Shown here in pieces: positions 36,502 through 48,072 of a stretch of DNA of 64,000 bases (position 1 is its first letter; every line of letters begins with the position of its first letter). Location: contig OZ001293.3 of assembly GCA_963921275.4 (NCBI GenBank), positions 5,216,001 to 5,280,000 on the forward strand, written 5' to 3'. The notes below the pieces were generated by a model. The model ran no database searches, had not been told where the DNA came from, and saw only the letters and a program-made list of their open reading frames with translations. Source of the DNA: an uncultured Hormoscilla sp. (GTDB taxonomy: Bacteria; Cyanobacteriota; Cyanobacteriia; Cyanobacteriales; Desertifilaceae). The position numbers and the translations under genes are program-made.

Positions 36502-37091
36502 GTTATCGGGGCGTTGCACTTCTTCATCAGTAGCTGGCGTAGTTTTAACAGTTGGAGTGCCATCCATTTCTGTAATTAGAAGCTCTACTCCATCTATGAT
36601 TTCTTCTACTGTTTTTTGAGATATTTTAACCCTAGGTTTTTGGGTAATTGCTTGTGCTGAACTAACTGCAACAGTTATACCATAATGTTCTTGTAGCTTT
36701 TCTGCTTCCAAATGATACATCTGTAATTGCTCGTTGTAATGCTAAAGAATAACCCCGACAGCCGATGATGAAAAAGGTCGAATCACCTTTCCCGTTTTTA
36801 CGTAAAAATTTGCTCTATCACTTGTTCCAAACACTCTAGGCCAATATAGTTGTTTTTCTCTATGCATCGACTGAGATTGTTCACAGGTCTTAGCTTTTTT
36901 TTCTCTTGAGTCTTGCCCCAATCTTCAAGAGCCTCTTTTCCCATCTTTGGGAACTAGATGATAAGTTTTGACCGCCACAAGTATCATCGATTATTTCAAC
37001 AATATCCAACATGAAAAACCCTAAATGGGGATGTTCTTGTAATCGCTCTAACCCTGCTGCTAATCAATTGTTTCTTTTCTTCAGGGTTCAT
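36502..37091 (-). mobile_element. degraded transposase (ISKra4/UPF0236-like)
   Basis: KLQEHYGITVAVSSAQAITQK...LLITEMDG fragments with many stops. Confidence 0.55.
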
Positions 37092-37694
37092 CAATTCCGT
37101 CATTATCTGCTCAAGGGCTAAAGGAAAAACAACTGTGCAATGAGGCTAGTCTAAGTAAAAGTACTTTTTGGTACCGCGACAGACTGAGTTGCTGAAAGCC
37201 TGATTCTTGCCTTGAATCTAAGTCTGGTCAAAGTAGCAACTCTGACTTTTCAAACAACCTCTAAATCCTAAGTGGTTACATAGGCCAGAGATGAAACCCT
37301 TACCCAGTCAGGGTTTTATCAAGGGTTGCACAAGTACGCTCCGGCTTGCGAGGGGAAATTATATAACATAATGGTAAACTAACGAGAGGACATTTTTTTA
37401 GTGACACCCATTTGAATGTGGATTTCTCCCTCACCAGATGGTCCCCATCACAGACGGTTGAATTCCGGTTTCACCCAATGACATGAAAACTGTCCGGACT
37501 ATTGTGGAAAAAAAATCCAGTTTTTATTATCCATTTGATTTGTCCCATTCACCAGGAGGTCATCACGGGATGAATTTATCTGTCACCGGTCTTTCCGTGG
37601 CGTCCTGCTGGTCCGAGACTGACTTGACTCCCTGATATTTCCCTCACTCTGTCAGGCACCGGTTGATAAGGCCAAACTGTCACTGACCATTACA

Positions 37695-37927
37695 CCCCCT
37701 CCGGCGTGTCCCAGACAGTGCGATTACGATGTCTCCCCTTTTGTGCGACTAGCGCGAGGCGTCTCCTCTTTTGTGCGAATACGATGTCTCCGGAGTAGTG
37801 CTTCTAGCGCTCTCCGAAGACATCGAGATCCCGGGAGACGCCTCGCCCCGGGAGACATCGAGCGTCCGAGACACGCCGCGGGCAAGAGCGCAACATAATC
37901 AGGGTGGTAAACTAGGCGCAAGTTCAT
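37695..37927 (-). pseudogene. N-terminal stub of a histone deacetylase-family gene, interrupted
   Basis: MNLRLVYHPDYVALLP..PEG resembles the start of cyanobacterial HDAC-family proteins; split by the nested hairpins, remainder absent. Confidence 0.6.
37702..37878 (+). repeat. four-level nest of mini-hairpin elements
   Basis: arms CGGCGTGTC/GACACGCCG > CGATGTCTCCC/GGGAGACATCG > GCGAGGCGTCTCC/GGAGACGCCTCGC > CGATGTCT/AGACATCG, each left arm followed by GTGC. Confidence 0.88.
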
Positions 37928-37966
37928 CAGGTATAATTGTCAGCAGAATCAGCAGAATTTCTGAAA

Positions 37967-38281
37967 ATGTTTGACTTTCTCAATCCCATCTTAGGTTGTC
38001 ATCCCGATCACATCAAAGCCAACGTAGAAATATACACTTGGGCTAGCTGTCCCTTCTGCATCCGAGCCAAATTATTGCTCTGGTGGAAGGGAGTCAAGTA
38101 CCTTGAATATAAGATAGATGGCGATGCCGAAGCCAGAGACCGGATGGCAGACCGTGCCAACGGTGGCCGGACGGTGCCGCAGATTTTCATTAATAATCAG
38201 CATGTTGGCGGGTGTAATGAACTCTATCAGTTAGACGGAAAAGGTCAACTAGATCCCCTGCTAGCTAAGCTAGCCAGCTAA
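37967..38281 (+). CDS. grxC: glutaredoxin 3
   Basis: CPFC active site; TVPQIFIN..HVGGC. Confidence 0.93.
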   Translation: MFDFLNPILGCHPDHIKANVEIYTWASCPFCIRAKLLLWWKGVKYLEYKIDGDAEARDRMADRANGGRTVPQIFINNQHVGGCNELYQLDGKGQLDPLLAKLAS

Positions 38282-38292
38282 AATTAGTAGGT

Positions 38293-38841
38293 ATGTTAAT
38301 TGCAGATCCAACCTATCAGGGACATCGGCGATGGATGAATCGGGCCCTAGAACTGGCCCAGTCAGCAGGTGAAGCAGGAGAAGTGCCAGTAGGTGCGGTG
38401 ATTGTGGACAGCGAAGGGCAGGCGATCGCCTCAGCATCGAACCGCAAAGAGAGGGACTTCGATCCCACGGCCCACGCGGAAATCATCGCCATTCGGGCCG
38501 CAGGGCAAGCTTTACAAAACTGGCACCTGAACCACTGCACCCTATATGTCACCTTAGAACCCTGTCCCATGTGTGCCGGGGCCATAGTGCAAGCCCGCCT
38601 TGGTCTTCTAGTTTATGGAGTTGATGACCCCAAGACAGGTGCCATTCGTACCGTTGTCAATATTCCCGATAGCGCTTGTTCTAATCATAGATTGCAGGTA
38701 ATAGCGGGAGTAATGTCCTCCCAATGTCGCCAGCAACTGCAAACTTGGTTTGCCCAACGACGGGGCAGGAAAAAGTCGGTACTGGTACAAGATGCCGATC
38801 GTGACAGTACAAGAACTGTCATTCAGATAGAAGAAAAATAG
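38293..38841 (+). CDS. tadA: tRNA adenosine(34) deaminase
   Basis: GEVPVGAV, DPTAHAE and TLEPCPMCAGA motifs. Confidence 0.96.
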   Translation: MLIADPTYQGHRRWMNRALELAQSAGEAGEVPVGAVIVDSEGQAIASASNRKERDFDPTAHAEIIAIRAAGQALQNWHLNHCTLYVTLEPCPMCAGAIVQARLGLLVYGVDDPKTGAIRTVVNIPDSACSNHRLQVIAGVMSSQCRQQLQTWFAQRRGRKKSVLVQDADRDSTRTVIQIEEK

Positions 38842-38916
38842 CAGTAGCAAATTTAGGCTAAACGGGTAGTAGTTGGGAACCCCGATCTGCTTGGGCTCGA
38901 CTTTTCTCAACCAGCC

Positions 38917-39594
38917 ATGAAAACATCTAAACCTGCGGTTACTTCTGATATTTCCCCTTGGTTAACAGTTTTAGTCTATCCTCTGGGGCGTCATGTTGTC
39001 TTGCCATTCTACTTTGGTTCCATTGAGGTGGTGGGACGAGAGCATCTACCTACCGAGGACTGTCCGATCGTCCTCGCCCCCACCCATCGTTCTCGCTGGG
39101 ATTCCCTGATCGTACCCTATGCCGCCGGATTTGATATCACTGGACGCCACTTGCGGTTTATGGTCTCCGCAAATGAAATGGAAGGGCTGCAAGGTTGGTT
39201 CATAAAACGCCTGGGGGGGTTCCCTGTCGATCCTGAACAGCCTGGCATTTCCAGCCTCCGTCATGGAGTAGACCTGCTCAAGGCTGGAGAAACTTTGGTG
39301 ATTTTTCCCCAGGGTAATATCTTTCGCGACAACCAGGTGCGATCGCTCAAACCAGGTTTAGCCCGCCTTGCCCTGCAAGCCGCATCCAGTCACACTAATC
39401 AGGACATTAAAATTGTTCCAATTAACATAGCTTACGCCCAGCCTATTCCTTACCGGGACTGCGAGGTCAAAATTAACATTGGTTCTCCCCTGTCCGTGGC
39501 TGCTTACCGCGCAGGAACAAGCAAACAACAAGCCAAAAAATTGACTGCAGATCTCGAAGCTGCCCTCCAAAGTCTTGCTGTTGTTAGTTGTTAG
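38917..39594 (+). CDS. lysophospholipid acyltransferase (PlsC-like)
   Basis: HRSRWD (HX4D) and IFPQG motifs. Confidence 0.9.
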   Translation: MKTSKPAVTSDISPWLTVLVYPLGRHVVLPFYFGSIEVVGREHLPTEDCPIVLAPTHRSRWDSLIVPYAAGFDITGRHLRFMVSANEMEGLQGWFIKRLGGFPVDPEQPGISSLRHGVDLLKAGETLVIFPQGNIFRDNQVRSLKPGLARLALQAASSHTNQDIKIVPINIAYAQPIPYRDCEVKINIGSPLSVAAYRAGTSKQQAKKLTADLEAALQSLAVVSC

Positions 39595-39629
39595 TTGTTA
39601 GTTGTCAGTTGTTAGTTGTCAGTTGTTAG
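39581..39629 (+). repeat. heptamer tandem repeat (TTGTYAG)7, STRR-type
   Basis: ttgttag/ttgtcag x7 overlapping the stop codon. Confidence 0.9.
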
Positions 39630-40647
39630 TGGGTGTGGTCATGCATTAGTTAATAGGGTAGAGAATCAATGCTTCTGGACAGATGTTATAGTCATAATTT
39701 GACAAGACCAAACTGGTGCAAGACCGGACCCAACGCTAAGACCAATAAACCGGGTTTCTCTACAAAATTTGGCGCAACCCCCGCGATATCGGATTTGCGA
39801 AACCCGGTTTCTGGCCCCGACGCGAGGGCCCCCCGAATTACCAACTGATTTTGACCACACCCGTTGTTATAGTGAGCCTAAATTATTTGTGTAAAGATTC
39901 TGGGTAATCAGCGCCCAAACCCTTGCGGGGTAATAATTTCAGCAAACACCTATTGCACAACTCATTACTCCTTCGAGAAATTGATGGTATCGCCGAGGAG
40001 TGGGGAGTGGGGAGATAAGATCGGGGGAGGGTGCGATTCGTTCCCTTACCTTGGACTGGGCGAGCGGGTAGGGCCGGGCTAGTTTCCATTGCCTTAAGAG
40101 TTGCCTTGATAACTGTAGGAGACTGGCATTCTGCTTGCAGGAGACTTGTAATCGGATTAGAGAACAAGTAGATAACAAGTCTCCTACAAGTCGAGAACAA
40201 GTTATATTTAAAAATTAACGAGTTTTCAGAGGTTTTCGATATTTTTCTCTATACTGTAATATATTTTTCTCTATCTTGCGATCTGCTTTTTAAGTTAGGG
40301 GGTAACTCCGATAATTGTCAGCACCACATTTTATAATACAATGAATTACACATAACACAAAAATTAGGAATTATGCATATTACAATGTAATCTGATCTAG
40401 AGGCGATCTATGCTGGGCGCATCTCAGTTTTGCATTTAAGAAACCAGGTTTTTTGGAAAAATCTGGTTTCTGGGCTACCGATAAAGATCCCCGCCGCAAA
40501 GGTGAGATGTACCCGCCAGGATCCCCTGGCCTTCGCAGCGGCTGGGAAGGTCGAGGGGTCAACTCATATACAGCACAAGTTAATCCCTCCGACCCCCCTT
40601 CGCAATGATAAATAGGGTTTTTGGGCTTAAGTCAGTGCCATTCCACT

Positions 40648-42651
40648 CTACGATCGCTGTCCGAGTAACTTCTCTCGCAGCTGCTTGAGGCGATCGCGAT
40701 ATTTGGCCGCTTTCTCAAACTCCAGATTCTTTGCAGCTTCCTTCATCTGTGCTTCCAACTGGGTAATCACTTCGGGAATTTGTTCTAAGGACAGATCGGA
40801 CACCGGTTCGGAAACTGCTTCTAACTCCCGCACATTCAAGCGCCGGGAAACATCCAGAAATGCTAATATCGCATTACTGGATTTCTTCACAATCGGTTGG
40901 GGAGTAATTCCTTGCATCTTATTATATGCCATCTGAATCCCTCGCCGCCGATCGGTCTCTTCTATGGCCCGCTTCATGCTATCGGTGAGAATATCTCCAT
41001 AGAGGATCGCTTGTCCTCTGACATGACGGGCCGCGCGACCGATTGTTTGGATCAGAGAACGTTCGGCGCGCAAAAATCCTTCTTTATCTGCATCCAAAAT
41101 TGCGACCAGGGAAACTTCTGGTAAATCTAACCCTTCCCGTAACAAGTTGACGCCAATTAGCACGTCAAAATTACCTGACCGCAAATCCTGCAAGATTTCA
41201 ATCCGTTCAATTGATTGAATCTCGGAATGCAGATAGCGCACCCGAATTCCTCTCTCTTCCAGATAGTCCGTTAAATCTTCCGCCATCCGCTTGGTGAGAG
41301 TTGTCACTAACACCCGTTCCGACTTTTCCACCCGGTCTTTAATCTCCCCTAGCAAGTCGTCAACTTGACCTGCTGTGGGACGTACAAATATTTCCGGGTC
41401 AGTCACCCCTGTGGGTCTAATTACTTGTTCGACCACGCCATCTTGGGAAATTTCCAGTTCCCAATCTCCTGGGGTCGCTGAGACAAATATACATTGATTC
41501 ACCTTTTCCCAGAATTCCTCTGCTTTCAGAGGACGGTTGTCAGCGGCGCTGGGAAGACGAAACCCATATTCTATCAATACCTGCTTCCGAGACCGATCGC
41601 CATTGTACATCCCCCGAATTTGCGGTACAGTAACGTGAGATTCATCCACGACTAATAACCAATCTTTGGGTAAATAATCAACCAAACATTCTGGGGGTTC
41701 CCCTGGGTTCCGTCCTGCTAAATGGCGGGAATAGTTCTCCACGCCGTTGCAAGTCCCCACCTCAGACAGCATGTCGATATCGTATTTTGTCCGCTGTTCT
41801 AGACGCTGGGCTTCTAATAATTTACCAGCATGTTCTAATTCTGTCAACCGCCGTTGTAATTCGGCTTTTATCGCCTCACAAGCAGCTTCCAGTCGGTCGG
41901 CGGGAGTGACGAAGTGACGCGCCGGGTAAATATTTACAGCCTCCAGATTCTGGATATTTTCACCGGTTACGGGGTCAACATAGAGAATAGCGTCTATTTC
42001 ATCCCCAAAGAATTCTACTCGAATGATGCGGTCTTCGTAAGCGGGTCCTATTTCCAGGACATCCCCTTTGACCCGGAATTTTCCCCGACCTATGTCTATA
42101 TCATTGCGGCTATATTGGATCGTAGCTAAATCTCGTAGCAGTTGACGTTGGTCTATTTCCGATCCTATCATGAGGGGAATGGAAGCTTTCAGATATTCTG
42201 CGGGAATTCCCAATCCGTAAATGCAACTGATGGAGGCGACGACTATGACATCCCGCCTTTCAAACAGCGATCGGGTGGCGGAATGGCGCAGCATGTCAAT
42301 CTCATCGTTAATGGACGCGGTTTTTTCGATGTAAGTATCGCTGACGGGAATGTAAGCTTCCGGTTGGTAATAGTCGTAGTAGCTGATGAAATATTCAACA
42401 GCATTATGGGGAAAAAATTCGCGCAACTCGTTACATAGCTGGGCGGCGAGGGTTTTGTTGTGGGCCAGAATTAATGTCGGTTTGCCGATTTTTTCAATAA
42501 CGCAGGCCACCGTGTAGGTTTTCCCCGTTCCCGTCGCCCCCAACAGGGTTTGGTAGCGGTTTCCCCCTTGGATGCTGGTGGCTAGTTGCGCGATCGCCTC
42601 TGGTTGGTCTCCCGTGGGTGCAAATGGTGCTTGGATCTGAAATGGTGTCAT
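40648..42651 (-). CDS. uvrB: excinuclease ABC subunit B
   Basis: [33 protein letters not shown] and C-terminal UVR domain; likely ATG 42651 ([10 protein letters not shown]). Confidence 0.99.
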   Translation of the reverse strand: MTPFQIQAPFAPTGDQPEAIAQLATSIQGGNRYQTLLGATGTGKTYTVACVIEKIGKPTLILAHNKTLAAQLCNELREFFPHNAVEYFISYYDYYQPEAYIPVSDTYIEKTASINDEIDMLRHSATRSLFERRDVIVVASISCIYGLGIPAEYLKASIPLMIGSEIDQRQLLRDLATIQYSRNDIDIGRGKFRVKGDVLEIGPAYEDRIIRVEFFGDEIDAILYVDPVTGENIQNLEAVNIYPARHFVTPADRLEAACEAIKAELQRRLTELEHAGKLLEAQRLEQRTKYDIDMLSEVGTCNGVENYSRHLAGRNPGEPPECLVDYLPKDWLLVVDESHVTVPQIRGMYNGDRSRKQVLIEYGFRLPSAADNRPLKAEEFWEKVNQCIFVSATPGDWELEISQDGVVEQVIRPTGVTDPEIFVRPTAGQVDDLLGEIKDRVEKSERVLVTTLTKRMAEDLTDYLEERGIRVRYLHSEIQSIERIEILQDLRSGNFDVLIGVNLLREGLDLPEVSLVAILDADKEGFLRAERSLIQTIGRAARHVRGQAILYGDILTDSMKRAIEETDRRRGIQMAYNKMQGITPQPIVKKSSNAILAFLDVSRRLNVRELEAVSEPVSDLSLEQIPEVITQLEAQMKEAAKNLEFEKAAKYRDRLKQLREKLLGQRS

Positions 42652-42756
42652 AACTGGTAGTTTAATGTGCGATTCGTTCCGGCGTAACTGGACACCAGGT
42701 TCAGGATAGCTGGGTGGGGCAACCCACAACTCAGACGTTATGAGGGTTAGATTCCC

Positions 42757-44670
42757 GTGCGATTCGTTCCGACGTAACTGAGTAATCAGGATAGTCGGGT
42801 GGGGTTTAAACCCACAACTCAGACGTTATGGGGGTCAAATTCCCCCCTCATGTACAGGGGTGACACCGGTCGGAGGTGCTGTGGAGCAACATCACCATTG
42901 GTGCTAAACGAGGACAAATGTAGGATAACCTAAGTTGCGACCTATTAAAAAAAATATGAATTACCCACTTAGACTTTACAGATATTTGGGATATTTCGTA
43001 GCTTTTGATACAAAATTATATTTTTTTTGTGCTAGACGGCGGGTTGGCTGTTTATAGGTTATAATGTACTAAAATAATAGTTAATTGCTGGGGGATGTAG
43101 ATGATGGAAGATATGATTACAACAATTTTTGTTCTTTGTGACGAGCTACTAAAAGCGTTAAATATAAAAGAAGATCCACAAGTAAAAATGAACAATGCCG
43201 AAGTGATGACAGTCGGATTAGTTGCTGCATATTTTTTCGGAGGACACCACGATCGCTCTTGTCAATTTATGGTCCAACACAAGTATATAAAAAATCTGTT
43301 AAGTAAAAGTAGGTTCAATCGTCGATTACACAATATTGAGGAACCAATTTGGATGTTTTTCTTCCAAGTTATAGCTCAAACATTTAAAGAGCTCAATCCG
43401 GGTCAAGAATATATTCTTGATAGTTTCCCGGTGCCAGTATGTGATAATATTAGGATTGATAGATGCCAAATTTATAACAAGGAAGAATATCGAGGGTATA
43501 TTGCCAGTAAAAAACGTTATTTTTATGGATTAAGAGTTCATATGTTGGTAAACAAAAATGGAAAGCCAATAGAATTTTATCTAGATCCTGGTAGTTATAA
43601 TGATGTTAAAGTTTTGCAATCTTTTGGCTTTGACTTACCATCAAATTCAATAGTTTATGGAGATAAAGCTTATAATGATTATCAATTAGAGGATTTACTA
43701 AAAGAGTCGTCAAGTATAATGTTAAAACCTTTGCGAAAAAAGAACTCAAAAAGAAAAGAATATTCTTGTTTTGAATATATACAAAAAGTAACAAGAAAAC
43801 AAGTTGAAACCTGTTTTAGTCGAATCACAAATTTGTTTCCCAAGTCAATTCATGCTGTTACATCTAAGGGATTAGAGTTGAAAATAATTCTCTTTATCAT
43901 AGCTTTTTGTATCCAATTTTTATAGGTCGCAACTTGAGTTAGGATAGCTTCCAGCCCTGAGGAGGTAACGCCGCTAGGAAAGATGTCCAGGGTTAGAACA
44001 CGCAAATCCTTGTAAGGGTCGTTAAACCAACCGGTGAAATAAGGCTGATACACCGGGCACAAAAGTGCAAAGCAGTTAGAGCTAATGCTGAGAATTCATT
44101 AGTTTTGTACACAAATAACTACTGGCCTAAAGAGGAGACCTAAAGACATCGTGAAATGACGTTTGGGAACGAAGTAACCTCCGTGGTTCTGTCTCTAGGG
44201 ACCAGTCAGATGTGAAGCGCATGACCGCGTGAGGAGAGATGGCCCGAGAAGCCAATGCCTAGGGTAATGCCTATGGATATGCAGACGCGGGTCGGTGATA
44301 GTAGGAAATCTCAGGAGAAAGTAGCTCTCTAAATGTACTAAGCCAGTGGCAACACTAGGAAGTAATGATGGACTAAAATCCTAACCAGGTAAAAACTTGA
44401 TGCCCCCAAGATATGGGCCCTGTTAGTAAAGAGCGGTTTAAGTGGTTTTTTTTCCAGTTCTCCCCCGCAAACCTTCCGGAGTTAGGTAATCAATTGGTTC
44501 ATCGACCAACCAAAAGGAGTAAAATTTCATGAGATAAGGGACAACGGGAGTAATCTCTAGTAATCCTACCCGTGACAAGGCCCTACTACCCAGTAGCCGG
44601 ATGCGGTGAAAGTCGCTCTTTAGGTTCCGAATGGGAGGGTTGGGGAGCGATTCCTAGCTTGACCCCTAAT
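42757..44670 (+). ncRNA. ORF-less group II intron (inner), interrupted by IS982
   Basis: GTGCGATTCGTTCC at 42757; 3' CTTGACCCCTAAT at 44670. Confidence 0.9.
42928..43939 (+). mobile_element. IS982-family element with intact 274-aa transposase (43101-43925)
   Basis: IRs ACCTAAGTTGCGACCTA/TAGGTCGCAACTTGAGT, 7-bp TSD TAGGATA; DSFPVPVC, YFYGLRVH and YGDKAY motifs. Confidence 0.95.
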
Positions 44671-45516
44671 TTCCCTCATGTACAGGGGTGACACCGGCCC
44701 ACCGTTCCGGAAAAATCGGTGCTGTGGAGCAACATCACCATGGTGCTGAGCGAGGGCAAATGTAGGATAGCTTCCAGCCCTGAGGAGGTAACGCCGCTAG
44801 GAAAGATGTCCATGGTTAGAACAGGCAAATCCTTGTAAGGGTCGTTACCCAGAACCGGTGAAATAAGGCTGATACACCGGGCTCAAAAGTGTAAGCAGTT
44901 AGGACTAATGCTGTTGAATCATTAGTTTTGTACACAAACAACTGCCGGACTATAAAGGAGACCTAAAGACATCGTGAAATGACGTTTGGGAACGAAGTAA
45001 CCCCCGTGGCTCTGTCCTTATGGACCAGCGAGATGTGAAGCGCATGACCACGCTCTTAAGGATGGCCTAAGAAGCAAATGCCTGGGGTAATGCCTAGGAT
45101 ATGCAGACGTAGGTCGGTGATAGTAGGAAATCTCAGGAGAAAGTAGTTCTTATATGTGTTAAGCCAGTTCGCAAGAACCAGGAAGCAATGTGGATTAAAA
45201 TCCTAACCGGGTAAAAACATGGAAGCCCCTCAGATATGGGCAATGTTAGTAAAGAGTGGACCCAGGGTTTATCCTGTTATCCTCCATGAAGCTTCCGGAG
45301 TTAGGTACTCAATTAGTCTAGTTGACTGACCAACAAGGAACAAAATTTCATGAGACAAGGGACAACGGGAGTAATCCCTAGTAATCCTACCCATGACAAG
45401 GGCCTATTACCCAGTAGCCGTGTGCGATGAAAGTCGCTCTTCAGGTTCCGAATGGGAGGATTGGGAAGCGATTCCCAGCTCGACCCCTAACATGGATGCA
45501 TCCCAATCTAGCGGCT

Positions 45517-45559
45517 CGGAGTCTCCGGGAGCGCTACTCGCACTTCTCGGGGGACTCCG
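45517..45559 (-). repeat. 43-bp mini-hairpin element
   Basis: reverse complement CGGAGTCCCC..GTGCGAGTAGCGCT..GAGACTCCG. Confidence 0.8.
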
Positions 45560-45667
45560 GCGAAGCATTCGGATATTAAATTTGTCGATTTATCCCATAA
45601 GCGATCCGCCCGAATGCTTCGCCCCTACAGGTTAATTTGTATAAATGGGATGCTCCCGTTTATTATT

Positions 45668-45880
45668 TTAGGCAGCAGGTCGATCGTATAACACTATTAG
45701 CTGTTCAGCCCGGAGTGCCAAACTGGCGTAGGTGCAGCCATCATTGTCGCTGAATTCCACTTCAAAAACATTTGGCGCTAAAATTTCGACCACTGTACCA
45801 ACTTGCCCTCGGCGCAAATCCCTATCGGGCAAATTATCAGTTAGCACTACGACATCAAGCATCTGGATGTTACTATTCAT
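45668..45880 (-). CDS. DUF4926 family protein
   Basis: LDVVVLT...LRRGQVGTVVEIL...FEVEFSDNDG. Confidence 0.85.
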   Translation of the reverse strand: MNSNIQMLDVVVLTDNLPDRDLRRGQVGTVVEILAPNVFEVEFSDNDGCTYASLALRAEQLIVLYDRPAA

Positions 45881-45892
45881 TTAATCTCCTCC

Positions 45893-46228
45893 TTATTTCA
45901 GAACATAACAACTGGTTAGTCGCAGGAAGTCTTCTCCTGGGCGAATGATCCAACTGCTACGAAATCTTGCCTATCCAGCTTGTCTGCTCATTTCCAAGTC
46001 TAACCTGTAGCGTTGACCATATTCATCCCGTTCAGTAGGAGTGGCATCGCCAGTACGGGCAGCTGCTAACAACTCCTCTCGCAATTCTTTAGCATTTTCA
46101 GCAGTCAGTCCTAGTATAACAGCAAAGACACGGGCTTTGTGCTGACCGCGTCCGTGATTGGGGTTCAAACAGTAGTCGCGAAGTTTCTCAATATCTACAA
46201 CTGCACGTTTAAAGTTTGGTAGTTTCAT
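45893..46228 (-). pseudogene. DUF6883 family protein with an in-frame TAG
   Basis: KLRDYCLNPNHGRGQHKARVF...; reading continues past TAG (45971-45973) as ARFRSSWIIRPGEDFLRLTSCYVLK. Confidence 0.75.
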
Positions 46229-46320
46229 CCGTCACTCCCAGCATTGCTTCTCAAGCTTGACCTATCTGTACTATGATTATAAAGTATTTTTCCTGTTTTT
46301 GCGTTTTGCTAAAAAAAACC

Positions 46321-46803
46321 GTGAAAACTATATCGCAACTTGACGCGCCGAGCGTTCCCGATCGCAGCTTAGGCGGCTTTGACTTGAGAACTCCTATTCG
46401 CGACCTCAGTGATTTATTATTCGGCTTAGGTTCGTGGACAGAAGGGTTCTGTGAATTAGCTTCACCATTTGAAGCCCGGTATCGCCTGGGAAAAGGTGAA
46501 ATTGAACTTGCTGTTGACGTGAGAAATGGCAAGGTGTTTAAGATCGCAGCTTACTCGGGATACAAAGGAAAGCTATTCGACAAAATTGTTTTGGGGATGA
46601 GAGTGAAAGTAGCAATGGAGTATGAACCCAGGTTATTTTACAGTGAAGCAGAAGCAGCAATTCTCTGTCAGGATTTCACGGGTCTGACTCTGGACGTTCC
46701 TGAAATCCGCCACTGGAATCAATCCCAGATATGACGATTTCGGCAATTTCCGTACATATCGCAGAACTTTACACGCCGCAAGGCATGTCTGGCGAGTGGT
46801 AAC
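46321..46803 (+). pseudogene. hypothetical protein, probably frameshifted near 46708
   Basis: protein-like ORF to 46734 with a plausible continuation PPLESIPDMTISAISVH...GEW in another frame. Confidence 0.4.
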
Positions 46804-46856
46804 CATAGTCTGTCACCATCTTGACCCACAAAAAGGGCTGACATTTCCCCATTGAC

Positions 46857-48064
46857 TCACTCCTCTGTCGATAGCCAGTCTTCTAACTTGAGTCCCGGAA
46901 CCCGCAGCATGTCGGAATCGTGAGAAACTAGAGTCAAGTCACGGGCGATCGCCGTTGCCGCGATTAAAATATCTGTATCCTCTAGCAGAGTTCCCTTACC
47001 TCTTAAATCTGCATGAATTAATGCCGCGCTTTCGATTATCTCGATTTCATCTAACAATGCCACGGTAACCGCTTCGCAAAAGCTATTAAAATCAGACAGT
47101 TTCCTGGTAGCATTGGCATACAACAAGCCTCTCTTGGTCTCATAATAGCTGATAATGTGCGATGAGTTCTAGCCTAACGTAGTCAAACGCGGAACGCTAG
47201 CCTAGGAAACTAGTAACTCTGGTATTCATGGGGGTTAAATTCCCTCTCCCCAAGTACGGGGGTAACACCGGTCCTCGGTACTGCGGGGTAACATCACCGT
47301 GGTGCTAAGCGAGAACTTAAATGTAGGATAGCTGGTAGCCTAAACCGGTAACTCCGCGCTCTCAGATGTCCAAGGTTAGAACAAGCAAACCTATGAGAGC
47401 CTCGTAACTATTAATCGGCGAAATAAGGCTTTATGCGCCGGAGACAAAAGTCACTGTAGTTAGTGTTAGTTGTATTATCTGGCTAACAACGTACTCAAAT
47501 AACTACCGGGGTGTAGTAGGAACCTAAAGGCATCGCGCTCCGGAGACCAGGGAACGAAGTAACCCCTCGTGGGCTGTCCAACTGGACCAGTCAGATGTGA
47601 AGCGTATGCCACGAGAGGGAGCCCAAGCCTGCCCTCAAGAAGCTAATGCCTGGGCGGTGTCTGGAGCCTGCCGAGTCCTTCAGGACAAGAGCATGCGGAA
47701 GACGCCGAGTAATGCCCGGGATACGCCGACGTGCGGTGAGGGTGGGTGATAGTAGGAAGTCTCAGGTAGAAAGTAAATCTGAAAATGTTATGAACCCTTC
47801 ACTATAGGTGATGAGGTATAGATGTAAAGGAGCAAAATCGCATGGGATTTGTCGCGAGTGCCGATATGCCTAAGGACAAGCCCCAGCGGTGAAAGTCGCT
47901 CTTTAGGTTCCGAACGGGAGGGTCGGAGGGTGACTTCCGGCTCGACCCCTAATACTTATATACAGCTTTTCTCCCCAAAACTTCGCCTCCTCTATTTTCT
48001 CTCTAATTTTTTCATCATTCTTCAAATGAGCCGCGATAATCTTCGTATCTAGCAGATAACTCAT
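46857..48064 (-). pseudogene. vapC: PIN-domain (VapC-like) toxin split by an antisense group II intron
   Basis: 47954-48064 (MSYLLDT...KLYIS) joins in frame to 46857-47156 (IISYYETKRG...DILIAATAIARDLTLVSHD) giving 136 aa. Confidence 0.9.
47157..47953 (+). ncRNA. ORF-less group II intron (797 nt), D5 damaged
   Basis: GTGCGATGAGTTC ... CTCGACCCCTAAT; EBS1 ATTATC matches upstream GATAAT. Confidence 0.9.
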
Positions 48065-48072
48065 TGCCAATT

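Larger units (their letters stand above)
42667..45491 (+). ncRNA. ORF-less group II intron (outer intron of a twintron; own sequence 42667-42756 and 44671-45491)
   Basis: GTGCGATTCGTTCC at 42667; flanks of the inner intron rejoin as TTAGATTCCC|TTCCCTCATGTACAGG; 3' CTCGACCCCTAAC. Confidence 0.9.

Noticed and set aside
35399..37878. Repeated palindromic units as a possible CRISPR array
   Set aside because: Copies are dispersed or nested with no regular repeat-spacer period, and no cas genes are visible.
40031..40044. GTGCGATTCGTTCC matching the intron 5' end
   Set aside because: Only 14 nt with no further intron homology visible; at most a remnant.
42652..42729. N-terminal extension of uvrB in the ORF track
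   Set aside because: It is mostly the antisense of the intron 5' end; the likely start is ATG 42651.
45393..45635. Short ORFs over intron domains V/VI (also 32903-33094, 47849-48052 and 26830-27039)
   Set aside because: Translations of structured intron RNA, not credible proteins.
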